Assembly (NCBI GenBank): GCA_036986115.1
Contig: BTQY01000005.1
Coordinates: forward strand, 3,210 to 67,209
Direction of reading: 5' to 3'
From: Gammaproteobacteria bacterium
Lineage (GTDB): Bacteria > Pseudomonadota > Gammaproteobacteria > BTQY01
Length of the DNA: 64,000 nucleotides
In this document: positions 10,282 through 20,343 of the stretch, in pieces
Numbering within the stretch: position 1 is the stretch's first letter
Layout of the letters: each line of letters opens with the position of its first letter
Translations under genes and position numbers: made by a program
Notes under the pieces: model-generated
What the model was told of the DNA's origin: nothing
Database searches by the model: none
The model's input: the letters and a program-made list of their open reading frames with translations, nothing else

Positions 10282-11976
10282 ATGTTAATGATGATGACTT
10301 TGATTGAAATTCGACGCTATCTGCAGCGGGCATTACTGTCTTCGGTAATGCTGCTGGTGATTCCCCTGGTCCTGTTGCCGGCGTCAGCATCAGCCGCCGT
10401 CAAGGTCGGCAAGGTGATCACCAGCATCGGGGTTGTTACGGCCAGGGCCGAGGATGGCAGTAGCCGCAGTTTAAAACGCCGCTCCGCGATACTTGAAGGC
10501 GACATGCTACTCACCGGTGAAGACTCCCGGGCACAGATCCGCTTTAAAGATGGTGCCCTGGTGTCGCTGCGACCGAACACTGAATTTCTTGTTAAGGAAT
10601 ACAAATATAATGGCAAACAGGATGGTACCGAAAGCGCGGCAATGAAGCTCATCAAGGGCGGCATGCGCACAGTCACCGGCGCTATTGGCAAACAACACAA
10701 AGACAGGTACAGGATGGAAACGGCCGTGGCCACTATTGGTATCCGTGGCACCTATTATGGCCTGCGTATGTGTGCCGGTAATTGTGGTGCGGGCGTGGAA
10801 GATGGCCTGTACGGCGGCGTTATCGATGGTGAAATCTTTAGTCGCAATGGTAGTGGTGAAGATACCTTTGGCAATGACCAGTATTTTCGTATCGCCAGCT
10901 ATAATTCATCACCAGTACGCTTACTGACGCCCCCGGGAGTCGTTTTTGATGGCACTCAAGGCCGTCGCGGAAAGCAGAAGCAGAGACGTCAACCTCAGCG
11001 CGATCATCGTCCCAGGCCGACCCAGCCACCCAGGACGCCGCCACCAGCCGTCATCAGAAACAATACCTCATTACAAAATTATCTGAATAATTACAGTACC
11101 GGCGCGCAGACGACGGGTAGTGGCTTGCCGGGCAGCTCGACGCCAATAGGTACGGCCGGGTTCCTGGCACCTAACGGCATGGTACTGGGGGTGTCCTTTA
11201 TCAGTAGTAACCGGGCTATCGGTGGTAAAGGGGATGGTGGAGGTTTTGCCCGAATTGGTTCGAATTCCTTCGCCGTTCTGGATTACGCTGACCTTGCACC
11301 GAACCTGATAATTTACAAGAGTGGGGATTGTATCCCATGTGTAATGACCACATATCGCGTGACAGCGGGGGGCCCGGGGATTGTTGATCAAACTGGCGCT
11401 GGTTTGTACGGTGTTAAATGGGGCCGATGGAATAACGGAGTATATATATATGAAAATGGTGTGCTGGAGACAATCGAGTCTACTATTATATCGAATCCAT
11501 ATCTGCATTATATCTACAGTAATAAGGCAACCAGGCAGCCCAAACAGGTATTGAAAAACCTGTATACCATTGGTGGACCGCAGACAGTGACCTATTCTTA
11601 TGCTGGCGGGCCTAATGCCTTTGACAAGGCCGGTAGTAGTGGATACACCACCTCCGCAATAACCATGACCTTTGACTTGCCGACCCAGGAATTGACCGGC
11701 TTTAATATGCAGGTAGATGATACCGTGACGTTTTGGGTCAGTAATACGCTTCTGGACCAGAATAACAATGCGGTCACTTCGTTACCCATTGATCAAATTA
11801 TTGGTGATAAGGGATTTAATTCTTCAGGTACTAATAACATGGCTGGGACTACACAGGGCCACACAAATTTCACATGTGTCGGTGTCACATGCAAGGGCAT
11901 GATGACCACCACGATTATAACTACAGATGATGGTAGCAATGCCCTCAGTCATGCCGGCCTGGTAACGCGCCCCTGA
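10282..11976 (+). CDS. Secreted FecR-domain protein with Pro/Arg-rich linker and Gly/Thr/Asn-rich C-terminal beta-rich domain
   Basis: Signal peptide with RR n-region. FecR-like segment (SRAQIRFKDGALVSLRPNTEFLV). Basic Pro-rich linker (QRRQPQRDHRPRPTQPPRTPPP). No lipobox cysteine. Confidence 0.55.
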   Translation: MLMMMTLIEIRRYLQRALLSSVMLLVIPLVLLPASASAAVKVGKVITSIGVVTARAEDGSSRSLKRRSAILEGDMLLTGEDSRAQIRFKDGALVSLRPNTEFLVKEYKYNGKQDGTESAAMKLIKGGMRTVTGAIGKQHKDRYRMETAVATIGIRGTYYGLRMCAGNCGAGVEDGLYGGVIDGEIFSRNGSGEDTFGNDQYFRIASYNSSPVRLLTPPGVVFDGTQGRRGKQKQRRQPQRDHRPRPTQPPRTPPPAVIRNNTSLQNYLNNYSTGAQTTGSGLPGSSTPIGTAGFLAPNGMVLGVSFISSNRAIGGKGDGGGFARIGSNSFAVLDYADLAPNLIIYKSGDCIPCVMTTYRVTAGGPGIVDQTGAGLYGVKWGRWNNGVYIYENGVLETIESTIISNPYLHYIYSNKATRQPKQVLKNLYTIGGPQTVTYSYAGGPNAFDKAGSSGYTTSAITMTFDLPTQELTGFNMQVDDTVTFWVSNTLLDQNNNAVTSLPIDQIIGDKGFNSSGTNNMAGTTQGHTNFTCVGVTCKGMMTTTIITTDDGSNALSHAGLVTRP

Positions 11977-12079
11977 TCGAGTTAGCTGATTTATTTATTA
12001 TTCAAACCGACTATGCTTGGTATATCAATAACCACCCTGAAATATATAATCTAATCAATTACCTGTTGGCTAGCGGTTA

Positions 12080-13711
12080 GTGGATGGTGTATATAGCATG
12101 AAAGAATCGCCCAATGAACGGCTACTGGAACGCATACAGCGACTCACCACCATCGGTATTGCGCTGTCCGCCGAAAAGGACATCAGCCGATTGCTGGAAA
12201 ATATCCTGATCGGCGCCAAGGAGCTCACCCATGCGGATGGCGGCAGCCTGTATACGGTGACCTCGGATAATTATCTGAAATTCGAATGCATGCGTACTGA
12301 TTCACTGTCGTTCGTCATGGGCGGCACCAGTGGCAAACAGATCCCTTATGATCCGTTGCCATTATACGATGACCAGGGTGAGCCTAATCTGCATATGGTG
12401 GCGGCCTGTGCGGTGCTGAAAGACAAGACCATTAATATCCCGGATGCCTATGCCGATGAGGAGTTTGATTTCTCCGGTACCCGGGCGTTTGATGAAAAGA
12501 CTGGCTACCACTCCAGGTCATTCCTGACCGTGCCGATGAAGAACCATGAGAATGAGATCATCGGCGTGATGCAGCTGATCAATGCCACGGATCCTGATAG
12601 TGGTGTAGTGATCGAGTTTACCCCGCAGGACCAACTGCTGGTGCAGGCATTGACCTCACAGGCCTCCGTGGCGCTGACCAACACCCGGCTGATTGAAGGC
12701 CAGCGGCGTTTGTTTGAGGCATTTATTCAACTGATCGCGGCGGCCATTGATGAGAAGTCTCCGTATACGGGTGGCCATTGTGAACGTGTCCCGGAACTGA
12801 CCATGATGATTGCCAATGCAGCCAGTGAGTGTAATACCGGGGTGCTGAAAGATTTCAAGATGTCTGAAAAAGATGCCTATGAACTGCATATTGCCGGATG
12901 GCTACATGATTGCGGCAAGGTCACTACCCCTGAATATGTGGTCGACAAGGCGACCAAGCTGGAGACGATCTTTGATCGTATCGAAATGATCAGGACCCGT
13001 GTCGAGGTTCTGAAACGCGATGCCAGGATACAGATGCTGGAGGCAAAGCTGAACAGCACTGATAATGGCCATGATGCTGAAAAAGATTATCAGGATAGCA
13101 TTAGTGCACTGGAAGATGATCTGGCCTTTATTGAAAAGGCAAACATTGGCGGTGAGTTTATGTCGCAAGAGTATCAACAGCGTATCAGGGACATTGCCGG
13201 GCGTGTCTGGGAATTTAATTCCGAGCAGCAGGCCTTTCTGTCCGAGGATGAAATCGATAACCTGAATATTGCCAGGGGGACACTGAACCCGGAAGAGCGC
13301 GAGGTGATCAACAACCATATTGTCATGACCATCAAGATGCTGGGGTCCCTGCCTTATCCGAAGCACCTGAAGAAGGTCACGGAATATGCGGGTGGTCACC
13401 ATGAACGTATGGATGGAAAGGGTTATCCCAATGGACTGAAACGGGAAGACATGTCAGTGCAGGCGCGCATTATGGGCATTGCGGATATCTTCGAGGCACT
13501 GACGGCCAAAGACCGGCCTTATAAACCGGGCAAGACATTGACACAGGCACTGTTTATTCTCGGCAAGATGAGGGAAGACAATCATATTGATCCTGATATC
13601 TTTGATTTGTTTGTACGCAACAAGGTCTACCTGACTTATGCGGAGAAGTTTATGGATCCAGATCAGATGGATCAGGTGGATGAAAATAAAATACCGGGTT
13701 ATGCCCCATAA
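12080..13711 (+). CDS. GAF-domain c-di-GMP phosphodiesterase, HD-GYP family
   Basis: N-terminal GAF fold. HD motif (GWLHDCGK) and GYP motif (HHERMDGKGYP). Confidence 0.85.
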   Translation: MDGVYSMKESPNERLLERIQRLTTIGIALSAEKDISRLLENILIGAKELTHADGGSLYTVTSDNYLKFECMRTDSLSFVMGGTSGKQIPYDPLPLYDDQGEPNLHMVAACAVLKDKTINIPDAYADEEFDFSGTRAFDEKTGYHSRSFLTVPMKNHENEIIGVMQLINATDPDSGVVIEFTPQDQLLVQALTSQASVALTNTRLIEGQRRLFEAFIQLIAAAIDEKSPYTGGHCERVPELTMMIANAASECNTGVLKDFKMSEKDAYELHIAGWLHDCGKVTTPEYVVDKATKLETIFDRIEMIRTRVEVLKRDARIQMLEAKLNSTDNGHDAEKDYQDSISALEDDLAFIEKANIGGEFMSQEYQQRIRDIAGRVWEFNSEQQAFLSEDEIDNLNIARGTLNPEEREVINNHIVMTIKMLGSLPYPKHLKKVTEYAGGHHERMDGKGYPNGLKREDMSVQARIMGIADIFEALTAKDRPYKPGKTLTQALFILGKMREDNHIDPDIFDLFVRNKVYLTYAEKFMDPDQMDQVDENKIPGYAP

Positions 13712-13723
13712 CCAGACTGGCAA

Positions 13724-16000
13724 TTATTTTGCCTTATGTTCATATACTCCATCCCAGTCCTCAGGCAGCTCGTCCACGCTCGTCTGATGGATACGATCCA
13801 GGAAAATCTCGTATATTAATGTGCCAGGGTATTGGCTCCGTAGTCCACTAAAGATTTCACTGGCTTCAAGCCATTCCCGTTTGTAGTAAAGCTCAAGTGC
13901 CCGCAGGTGTTTTCCAAGTTCATCGCGCAGGGAATCACTTATTGCATCTTGTTGACAAATCAGTTCAAAAATCGCGACGGCTTCTGTTTTGCCTTTAACG
14001 GTGACCTTGTCCAGCTGCCGGTATACAAATAAATCATCTGTATCCAGCTGGCGGGTGTTTTCGCCAACGATGATATCGACGTCATAGAACCTGGTCAGGG
14101 ATTCGAGGCGGGAACCAAGATTGACCTCATCGCCAATGACGGTATAGGCACGGCGGAACTCTGAACCCATATTGCCGACATTCATATTGCCGCTGTTCAG
14201 CCCAATACCAACATCAATTTCAGGCAGACCCAGCCTGGTAAAGGCCTGTTTCAAATCCTCCACTTTGTGTACCATTTGCAGGGCCGCCTTCATCCCGTTG
14301 ATCGCATGTTGAGGGTCACTTACCGGCGCCCCCCAAAAGCACATAATCATGTCACCAACATATTTGTCGATGGTGCCACGGTTATTGAAGATGATCTCGG
14401 TCATTGGCGTAAAGAACTGATTCAACAGGTCCTTTAGTTCTTTTGGATTTAGTGTTTCAGAAATGCTGGTGAATCCACGGATATCAGAGAACAGCACGGT
14501 CAATTCCCTGCGCTCACCTTCGAACCCGGTGCCGCTGGGATTATCGCTCATCTCGTCAACCAGTTCCGGTGGCACATACTGGCCAAACATATCTTTCAGC
14601 CGGCTACGGTTTCGGGATTCAAACAAATACCCATGGGCAAAAGAGACTAATGCGATCAGGCACAACATCGCAAGCGGTGTCGCCAGCGCCAGGATCAGCA
14701 ATTCCCTGTCGAAAAACCAGATGTTTATCAGAATAAACAGCAGTATTACAGACAGAAAATAAAAAATCAGCCTGGCAGGATTGAGTGTCGGGAATAATAT
14801 GGCCACCAATAAGCCAAGAACCAGAGATATTGCAAAATCAACCGAGTCCCCGAGGCTGGGGGTGCTGGGAAATATTCGGATACTACTGACCTCTCCGCTG
14901 GTGCTCTTATGTGTATATTGATCTACGAGAGCGGCAGCAACATTCGCATGGACCTCGACGCCCGGGAAATCCTTGGTGATTGGTATGGTGACAAGATCTG
15001 ACAGGCCAGTGGCGCTTGTGCCAACGAAGACAAGTTTGTTGCGTAATACTTCAGGTGGGGTGATCCGGTTTATTACATCAGATGCCGATACATAGCGAAA
15101 GCCCCGGTAGCCGCGGTACGGAACCAGTACTGTGCCATTCGAATGTGTTGGGATGAAATTGGATTTGTTAAGAAATATTCCTTCAAGTATGTTGTACCTG
15201 TCCTGCAAGTCTTTATAGCTCTTGACCTCCAGTACCTCCTCAAAAAAGTGTTGCCTGACTGCCTCCAGGGCCAACGAGGGATAGTATTGCCCACCGCGTT
15301 CCAGGATCAGGCTGTAACGCCGACTAACACCATCATCATCTGATTCATTATTCAGGAACCCCGCCGACAGGGCGGCAGATTGAAGAGCCGGTAAATTACC
15401 TGTGTAACCCCGCTTACTGATTATGTTGACGCCTTGCAGTGCGGCAACATTTTTTATCGGGGCTGGCGGACCGAGCTTGCCAATGTTATCGCCGCTGTTT
15501 TTAAAATAGTAACCCAGTAATACATTCCCTGAGCTGCTAATGATATCCGCCAGCGCTTTATCTCCATCCATAGAAGGAATTAACCTTTCTACCTGGGTTA
15601 TTGCCGCTTTACTTGAATCAGGAAGTTTTTCCAGTGATCGTGCAATTTTCCGGGCAATGTTTTTTTCAGGTTCAGCCAGTACAATATCCAGCGCGATGAC
15701 AGTGGTTTCATATTGTGCCAGTTGCGCAACTAAAGAGGCGAGCCTTGCGCGTGGCCATGGCCAGCGGCCCTGTTCGGTGAGGGATTTTTCATCGATATCA
15801 ATAATAACGATGTCTTCGTGGGGAGATACTTTTTTCGGAGTTATGACGATGTATCGCAGGTCATAGATGATGCTTTCTGCACGATCACGCAGAGTTGCCA
15901 GCAGGTTGTCTTCAGTTAGCAGGGTAAACAGGCTGAATCCAACGATCAAAAGATTCATTAATATAGGGGCTAACCGACGTTTGAAATGTTTCGACAACAT
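13724..16000 (-). CDS. CHASE2 sensor domain-containing class III adenylate/guanylate cyclase
   Basis: N-terminal TM, periplasmic CHASE2-like region, three TM helices. Class III cyclase core (LTVLFSDIRGFTSISE...GDEVNLGSRLE). Confidence 0.85.
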   Translation of the reverse strand: MLSKHFKRRLAPILMNLLIVGFSLFTLLTEDNLLATLRDRAESIIYDLRYIVITPKKVSPHEDIVIIDIDEKSLTEQGRWPWPRARLASLVAQLAQYETTVIALDIVLAEPEKNIARKIARSLEKLPDSSKAAITQVERLIPSMDGDKALADIISSSGNVLLGYYFKNSGDNIGKLGPPAPIKNVAALQGVNIISKRGYTGNLPALQSAALSAGFLNNESDDDGVSRRYSLILERGGQYYPSLALEAVRQHFFEEVLEVKSYKDLQDRYNILEGIFLNKSNFIPTHSNGTVLVPYRGYRGFRYVSASDVINRITPPEVLRNKLVFVGTSATGLSDLVTIPITKDFPGVEVHANVAAALVDQYTHKSTSGEVSSIRIFPSTPSLGDSVDFAISLVLGLLVAILFPTLNPARLIFYFLSVILLFILINIWFFDRELLILALATPLAMLCLIALVSFAHGYLFESRNRSRLKDMFGQYVPPELVDEMSDNPSGTGFEGERRELTVLFSDIRGFTSISETLNPKELKDLLNQFFTPMTEIIFNNRGTIDKYVGDMIMCFWGAPVSDPQHAINGMKAALQMVHKVEDLKQAFTRLGLPEIDVGIGLNSGNMNVGNMGSEFRRAYTVIGDEVNLGSRLESLTRFYDVDIIVGENTRQLDTDDLFVYRQLDKVTVKGKTEAVAIFELICQQDAISDSLRDELGKHLRALELYYKREWLEASEIFSGLRSQYPGTLIYEIFLDRIHQTSVDELPEDWDGVYEHKAK

Positions 16001-16090
16001 TGAGTTTTTATTAGTGAGATCTGCTGTTGAATGCTTATAAATATAGACGATTACCCCGGAGAATACTCCGGTATTGCAGGAATTACGATA

Positions 16091-18937
16091 TTAAATTGAG
16101 CTCGCCAGGGATAGTCTGGTTTGTCTTTCCAGCGCTTCATTAAGCTTGAGTTCGATGGCCTTTTTGTATTTAAGGTAGTCTGCGGTACTTGGAAAATTCA
16201 TGGCCTCACTATACTCGCTGTTTTGAGACAGGTCGATATCGGTGATGTAGATTGGATAGCGGCGTGTCATTTTCCGTTGCATGAGTATGCGGTTGGCGAC
16301 CTGTATAAACAGATCCTCACCCAGTTCCATCATTGAAAACTCCCAATCATCACAGAATACTGAAAGACTATCCTTCTCACTGCCAGAATATCCAGTGATA
16401 ACCTGGACGCTGTAGTACTGCATTGCGGATTCCTGCATACTTTGTATTCTGCGCGTCAGGCGATAGGTTCTCTTTTTATCATTGGTGATCGAATAGTATT
16501 CAATACCGGTAATTTCGGTTCTGTTGATATGTGAGGCTAGCGGCAGGAAGTTGATACGATCACGTACTGACTCCAGGAAACGGTGGTATTGATTGAGCAG
16601 TGTTTTATGCTGGAAATAGGGCGCTGTCTGATGAAATATGGCGCCGGTTTCATCCAGCACATAGGTATCCACCATGTCATTATTGACCTTGTAATATAGT
16701 TGTATGATCCCTGGCTTGTTTTTCCTGATGATGAATGGCAGCACATCTCCCTTGAATGCCTCATCATCAATGACGGTGTTAACAAAGTTGCCAGTTGTGA
16801 ACGATAATTCTTCAAGAAGGCCCTCCTGATTACTGAATTTTCGATACTGAATAGCATTCTCAACGAAATGTATCAGGTAATAATCCTTCGCTATTGCAAG
16901 AACATAACGGGAAGATGTCGGATGGTCTGATTTTTTATAGGTTTTGAAAATATTTTTCAGCAGTTGTTCCAGTCGTTGAGTGATTATATGGCTGTTCAGA
17001 CTGGAATAACTAAATACCCTGATGTCAGGACAGCGTTTTTGCAACAGTGTCATATTAATAAATTCACACAGGCAGTCCATTAATCCACTGGTCCCTTCAT
17101 AGCTTGTGGTCAGAACTTCATTCCAGCTGGTAATGGTAATGCCATCAATAGCCATCACCAGATTCTGATGGAAATTACCAAATTTCAGGGCATCATTCTG
17201 TTCACTGATAATATGCTTGCCTTCGGCAGAGTATCTTGCCAACGGATCAATCCCAACATTGACAAAAAATGACATACTGGTGTAGTTGGCAGGAGTAGAC
17301 AGTGTGTCGAAATCAACCTCACCCGGGAAACTTCCAGGATACAATAATTTAAGTTCATTAATGATTTTTTTCAGTTCATTGTTATCGATATTTGTGTTTT
17401 GCGTATAAAGTGTTATTGCAGTAGATGCCCCGATAAGATTGTTAAACTGACACCAGCCACATAGTTCCAGAATACTGCGTGCCCGTTTTAGTGGTGTTGT
17501 CCGGATTTTATCCGCCACAGTGATTTTGCCCCGGTATAGCTGCCAGAATTCCTGACCATTGCGAGTCACCTGTTTGTGTACAGACAGGTTGGGCTCCATC
17601 AGGTTTGGAGAAATATCGGGGTTGACGATCTCAATCTTTCCGGATCTTCTGTCAAAAGCCGTATGCAATTTACGGCCAAGAACATGTAGATCCTTGTTGC
17701 TTGCGGAAGATATTCTGGTATGTTCACCGATAAATCCCGTTAACAGGCGATAGCTGTGGGTTAGTTCATCCACAAGTGTTTTGCGTTCTTCCAGAACCCG
17801 GTGGATCTTCCAGCTGTGCCTGGAGTCCAGCATCAACAGGTGTGCGACATCCCATCCCCAGGCAAGTACAAGATCCTGCATTAATTCGCGTTGCCAGATT
17901 CTTTTTTTCCTGGGTGCCGGAGTACTGAGTTGTTCATCTACCTTGAAATAAAAACAGCGCCGTATCAGCTCCAGGCGGGCAGGCTCATTTCTGGAAAGCA
18001 GGTATTCCTCTACCTTGTGGCACATCAGTGCGTATGGATCGAGTCTGTTGATGTTCTTCTCACCCTCGTATATTGCCTCCTTGAATCGGCTGGCAAGGAA
18101 ATCTATGTCAGGATATTCGCTGGCATAGGCCTCCATTAACATGATCTTCAATACAGATTTATATGGTGAATCTATTCCTTTATATATTTGCCAGAGAGAG
18201 GCACCAATGAACTCCTCTGCAGTGAGGTCCATGTAGGTACCAAAATCTATAAAATCAAATTCGCTGACGATGCCTTTATCCGTTATATCGGCCAGATAAT
18301 CCTGGTAGTTATTTTCCTGATCAGGTGGCACTACCCACCAGGCAGGGTAGCGGCCTGCCAGATGCAGGCCCGTACGGTAAAATTCTTCGAGCAGAAGATG
18401 ATGCTGGGTAGTGCCGCTACTTTCGGTGGATAATTCATCATGATGCCTGTCTTTAAAACTGACTTCATCAACCAGAAAAAAATGTACTTTCAGCCCAAGT
18501 TCCCTGGCCCATGTTTTTATACCGTGGGTTTTTTTTAACAGTTCGGAATAATCTTCATCTTTTATCTCCGGGTTATGGCAGACCCAGATATCAAAATCAC
18601 TTTTTTCTGAGTAAGCCACGGTGCTGCTGCTGCCAGTCAGATAAATACCATAGATTGGGTAACGTGGCAGGGCGTGGAATTTATATTCAAAGTCCTTGAA
18701 CAGGGCCTTCATGCCATCGATCACTTTCTTTGGCACTGTATAACCTGGTAATCCTGCCGGCGTGTGTTCACTGACAAAGCCGGGTAACTCCGGATGATTG
18801 ACGTGAAACAACAACGGCAATGCCTCCAGAAACGGACGTTGTTTGCTGCGTACACGTGCCAGCAGCCGTTGCAACCGATCACGATTGAGGGCAGAGAAAC
18901 GTCTGACGATGATGTCGATTTCTTGCATGGCAGGCAT
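16091..18937 (-). CDS. cyaA: Class I (enterobacterial-type) adenylate cyclase
   Basis: Colinear with E. coli CyaA N-terminal catalytic region (SDFDIWVCH; TQHHLLLEEFYRT). Large C-terminal regulatory domain. Confidence 0.9.
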   Translation of the reverse strand: MPAMQEIDIIVRRFSALNRDRLQRLLARVRSKQRPFLEALPLLFHVNHPELPGFVSEHTPAGLPGYTVPKKVIDGMKALFKDFEYKFHALPRYPIYGIYLTGSSSTVAYSEKSDFDIWVCHNPEIKDEDYSELLKKTHGIKTWARELGLKVHFFLVDEVSFKDRHHDELSTESSGTTQHHLLLEEFYRTGLHLAGRYPAWWVVPPDQENNYQDYLADITDKGIVSEFDFIDFGTYMDLTAEEFIGASLWQIYKGIDSPYKSVLKIMLMEAYASEYPDIDFLASRFKEAIYEGEKNINRLDPYALMCHKVEEYLLSRNEPARLELIRRCFYFKVDEQLSTPAPRKKRIWQRELMQDLVLAWGWDVAHLLMLDSRHSWKIHRVLEERKTLVDELTHSYRLLTGFIGEHTRISSASNKDLHVLGRKLHTAFDRRSGKIEIVNPDISPNLMEPNLSVHKQVTRNGQEFWQLYRGKITVADKIRTTPLKRARSILELCGWCQFNNLIGASTAITLYTQNTNIDNNELKKIINELKLLYPGSFPGEVDFDTLSTPANYTSMSFFVNVGIDPLARYSAEGKHIISEQNDALKFGNFHQNLVMAIDGITITSWNEVLTTSYEGTSGLMDCLCEFINMTLLQKRCPDIRVFSYSSLNSHIITQRLEQLLKNIFKTYKKSDHPTSSRYVLAIAKDYYLIHFVENAIQYRKFSNQEGLLEELSFTTGNFVNTVIDDEAFKGDVLPFIIRKNKPGIIQLYYKVNNDMVDTYVLDETGAIFHQTAPYFQHKTLLNQYHRFLESVRDRINFLPLASHINRTEITGIEYYSITNDKKRTYRLTRRIQSMQESAMQYYSVQVITGYSGSEKDSLSVFCDDWEFSMMELGEDLFIQVANRILMQRKMTRRYPIYITDIDLSQNSEYSEAMNFPSTADYLKYKKAIELKLNEALERQTRLSLASSI

Positions 18938-19067
18938 GTTTGAATACTGACAACAGGTTATCGGACATCTGCCTCAAACCGTGAGTGGCTAATAAAATAA
19001 ACTATAATATCAATTACTTACGGGTGATTTCGGCAAGGGTGGCAAATATATTCAAGTCTCAAAGGTA

Positions 19068-19994
19068 ATGGCCGATGTCATCAGTCAGAGACATAAAATG
19101 AGTCAACTCAAGCAACAATCAGCGGATCATTCGCCCGCTAACACGGGGTCCTCTGCGGAAGCATCTATGGGGTCACCGGCGGGATCAGGGCGGCAGTTAT
19201 TCCAGGCAGAGGTGCTGGAACACCTGCCGATGGGCGTGATGGTGCTGCAGAATAATGAGAAGATCGTCTGGGTGAATACGCTATCATGTGATTACCTGGG
19301 TATCCATCGTGAACAATTTCAGGCTCTGCGTCCGAACAGCAGTAATCCGTCTTACCTGGCAGCACTGTTCGATGGCAGCCATATATTGCATGTACCACAA
19401 TCGGGCGATCGTCCCGGGCTTTATCTACGCAGCCTGGATGTCATCATGGATGACAATCATACCCTGAAGTATCTGTCTGATATTAGCGAGACTGTAATGT
19501 TGTCACAGGCACTGGAGGATGTAACGTTGACGGACAGTCTGACGGGATTACCAAACATGCCATCACTGGTCCGGTTACTGGATCCGATGGTGTCCCGCAG
19601 CAGGCGCTATGAAACCCCGTTGTCCATTGTCATTATGCAGTTGAATAATATCGATGATATCGCTAATGAATTTGGTAAAGTCGCGGCGGAAAATAGCATT
19701 ACTGTACTCAGTCGCTTCTTACGTGAACAGACACGCTGGGCAGATATTCTCGGAAGAGTGGATAGTGCCTCCTTCATGTTTATTCTGCAGGAGACAGAAT
19801 ATCAGGAGGCTGAGAAATTTGTTGACAAGGTTACTTCACAGATTCCCGGGATCGAGCCTGTCGATGAGACAGTAGAGATTAGCAGGATAAACTTCTGTTT
19901 TGGTATCTCTGGCTGGCAGAAGGGTGATGACGTTTCCTCTCTAATGGGTCGTGCCAGGCAAGAATGCATCACTGCCCTGAATAGTCATTTATAA
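19068..19994 (+). CDS. PAS-like plus degenerate GGDEF-domain protein (catalytically inactive diguanylate cyclase homologue)
   Basis: GGDEF-fold segment where the RxGGDEF signature reads LGRVDSASF. Confidence 0.7.
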   Translation: MADVISQRHKMSQLKQQSADHSPANTGSSAEASMGSPAGSGRQLFQAEVLEHLPMGVMVLQNNEKIVWVNTLSCDYLGIHREQFQALRPNSSNPSYLAALFDGSHILHVPQSGDRPGLYLRSLDVIMDDNHTLKYLSDISETVMLSQALEDVTLTDSLTGLPNMPSLVRLLDPMVSRSRRYETPLSIVIMQLNNIDDIANEFGKVAAENSITVLSRFLREQTRWADILGRVDSASFMFILQETEYQEAEKFVDKVTSQIPGIEPVDETVEISRINFCFGISGWQKGDDVSSLMGRARQECITALNSHL

Positions 19995-20341
19995 TCCACA
20001 CCACGTTTTTGCTGGCCCTTTACTTTATCCACTGGGAAGCGTTCGTCGTTTTTATCAATCTTACAGTTAGAGGCATCAATAAGATCCACTCCCAGTTTAT
20101 CAGCGGTCCGAATAAGATAGATCTGGATATCGGCAAGCTCTTCAGCTATTTTTGCAAGCTTGTCAGCAGGCAGGCTGTTACTTTGCTCTTCTGTCAGCCA
20201 CTGGAAATGCTCGATAAGTTCTGCTGCCTCGGCAATCAATGCCATCGACAGGTTCTTTGGAGAATGAAACTGGTCCCAGTCGCGATCTGCTGCAAATCTG
20301 GCCAGGCGTTGACGAAGTCCTTCCAGGCTATCTTCAGACAT
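19985..20341 (-). CDS. MazG-like nucleotide pyrophosphohydrolase (small all-alpha NTP-PPase)
   Basis: 118-aa protein with EExxE/ExxD metal-binding helices (LIAEAAELIEHFQW; AEELADIQIYL). Confidence 0.7.
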   Translation of the reverse strand: MSEDSLEGLRQRLARFAADRDWDQFHSPKNLSMALIAEAAELIEHFQWLTEEQSNSLPADKLAKIAEELADIQIYLIRTADKLGVDLIDASNCKIDKNDERFPVDKVKGQQKRGVDYK

Positions 20342-20343
20342 GT

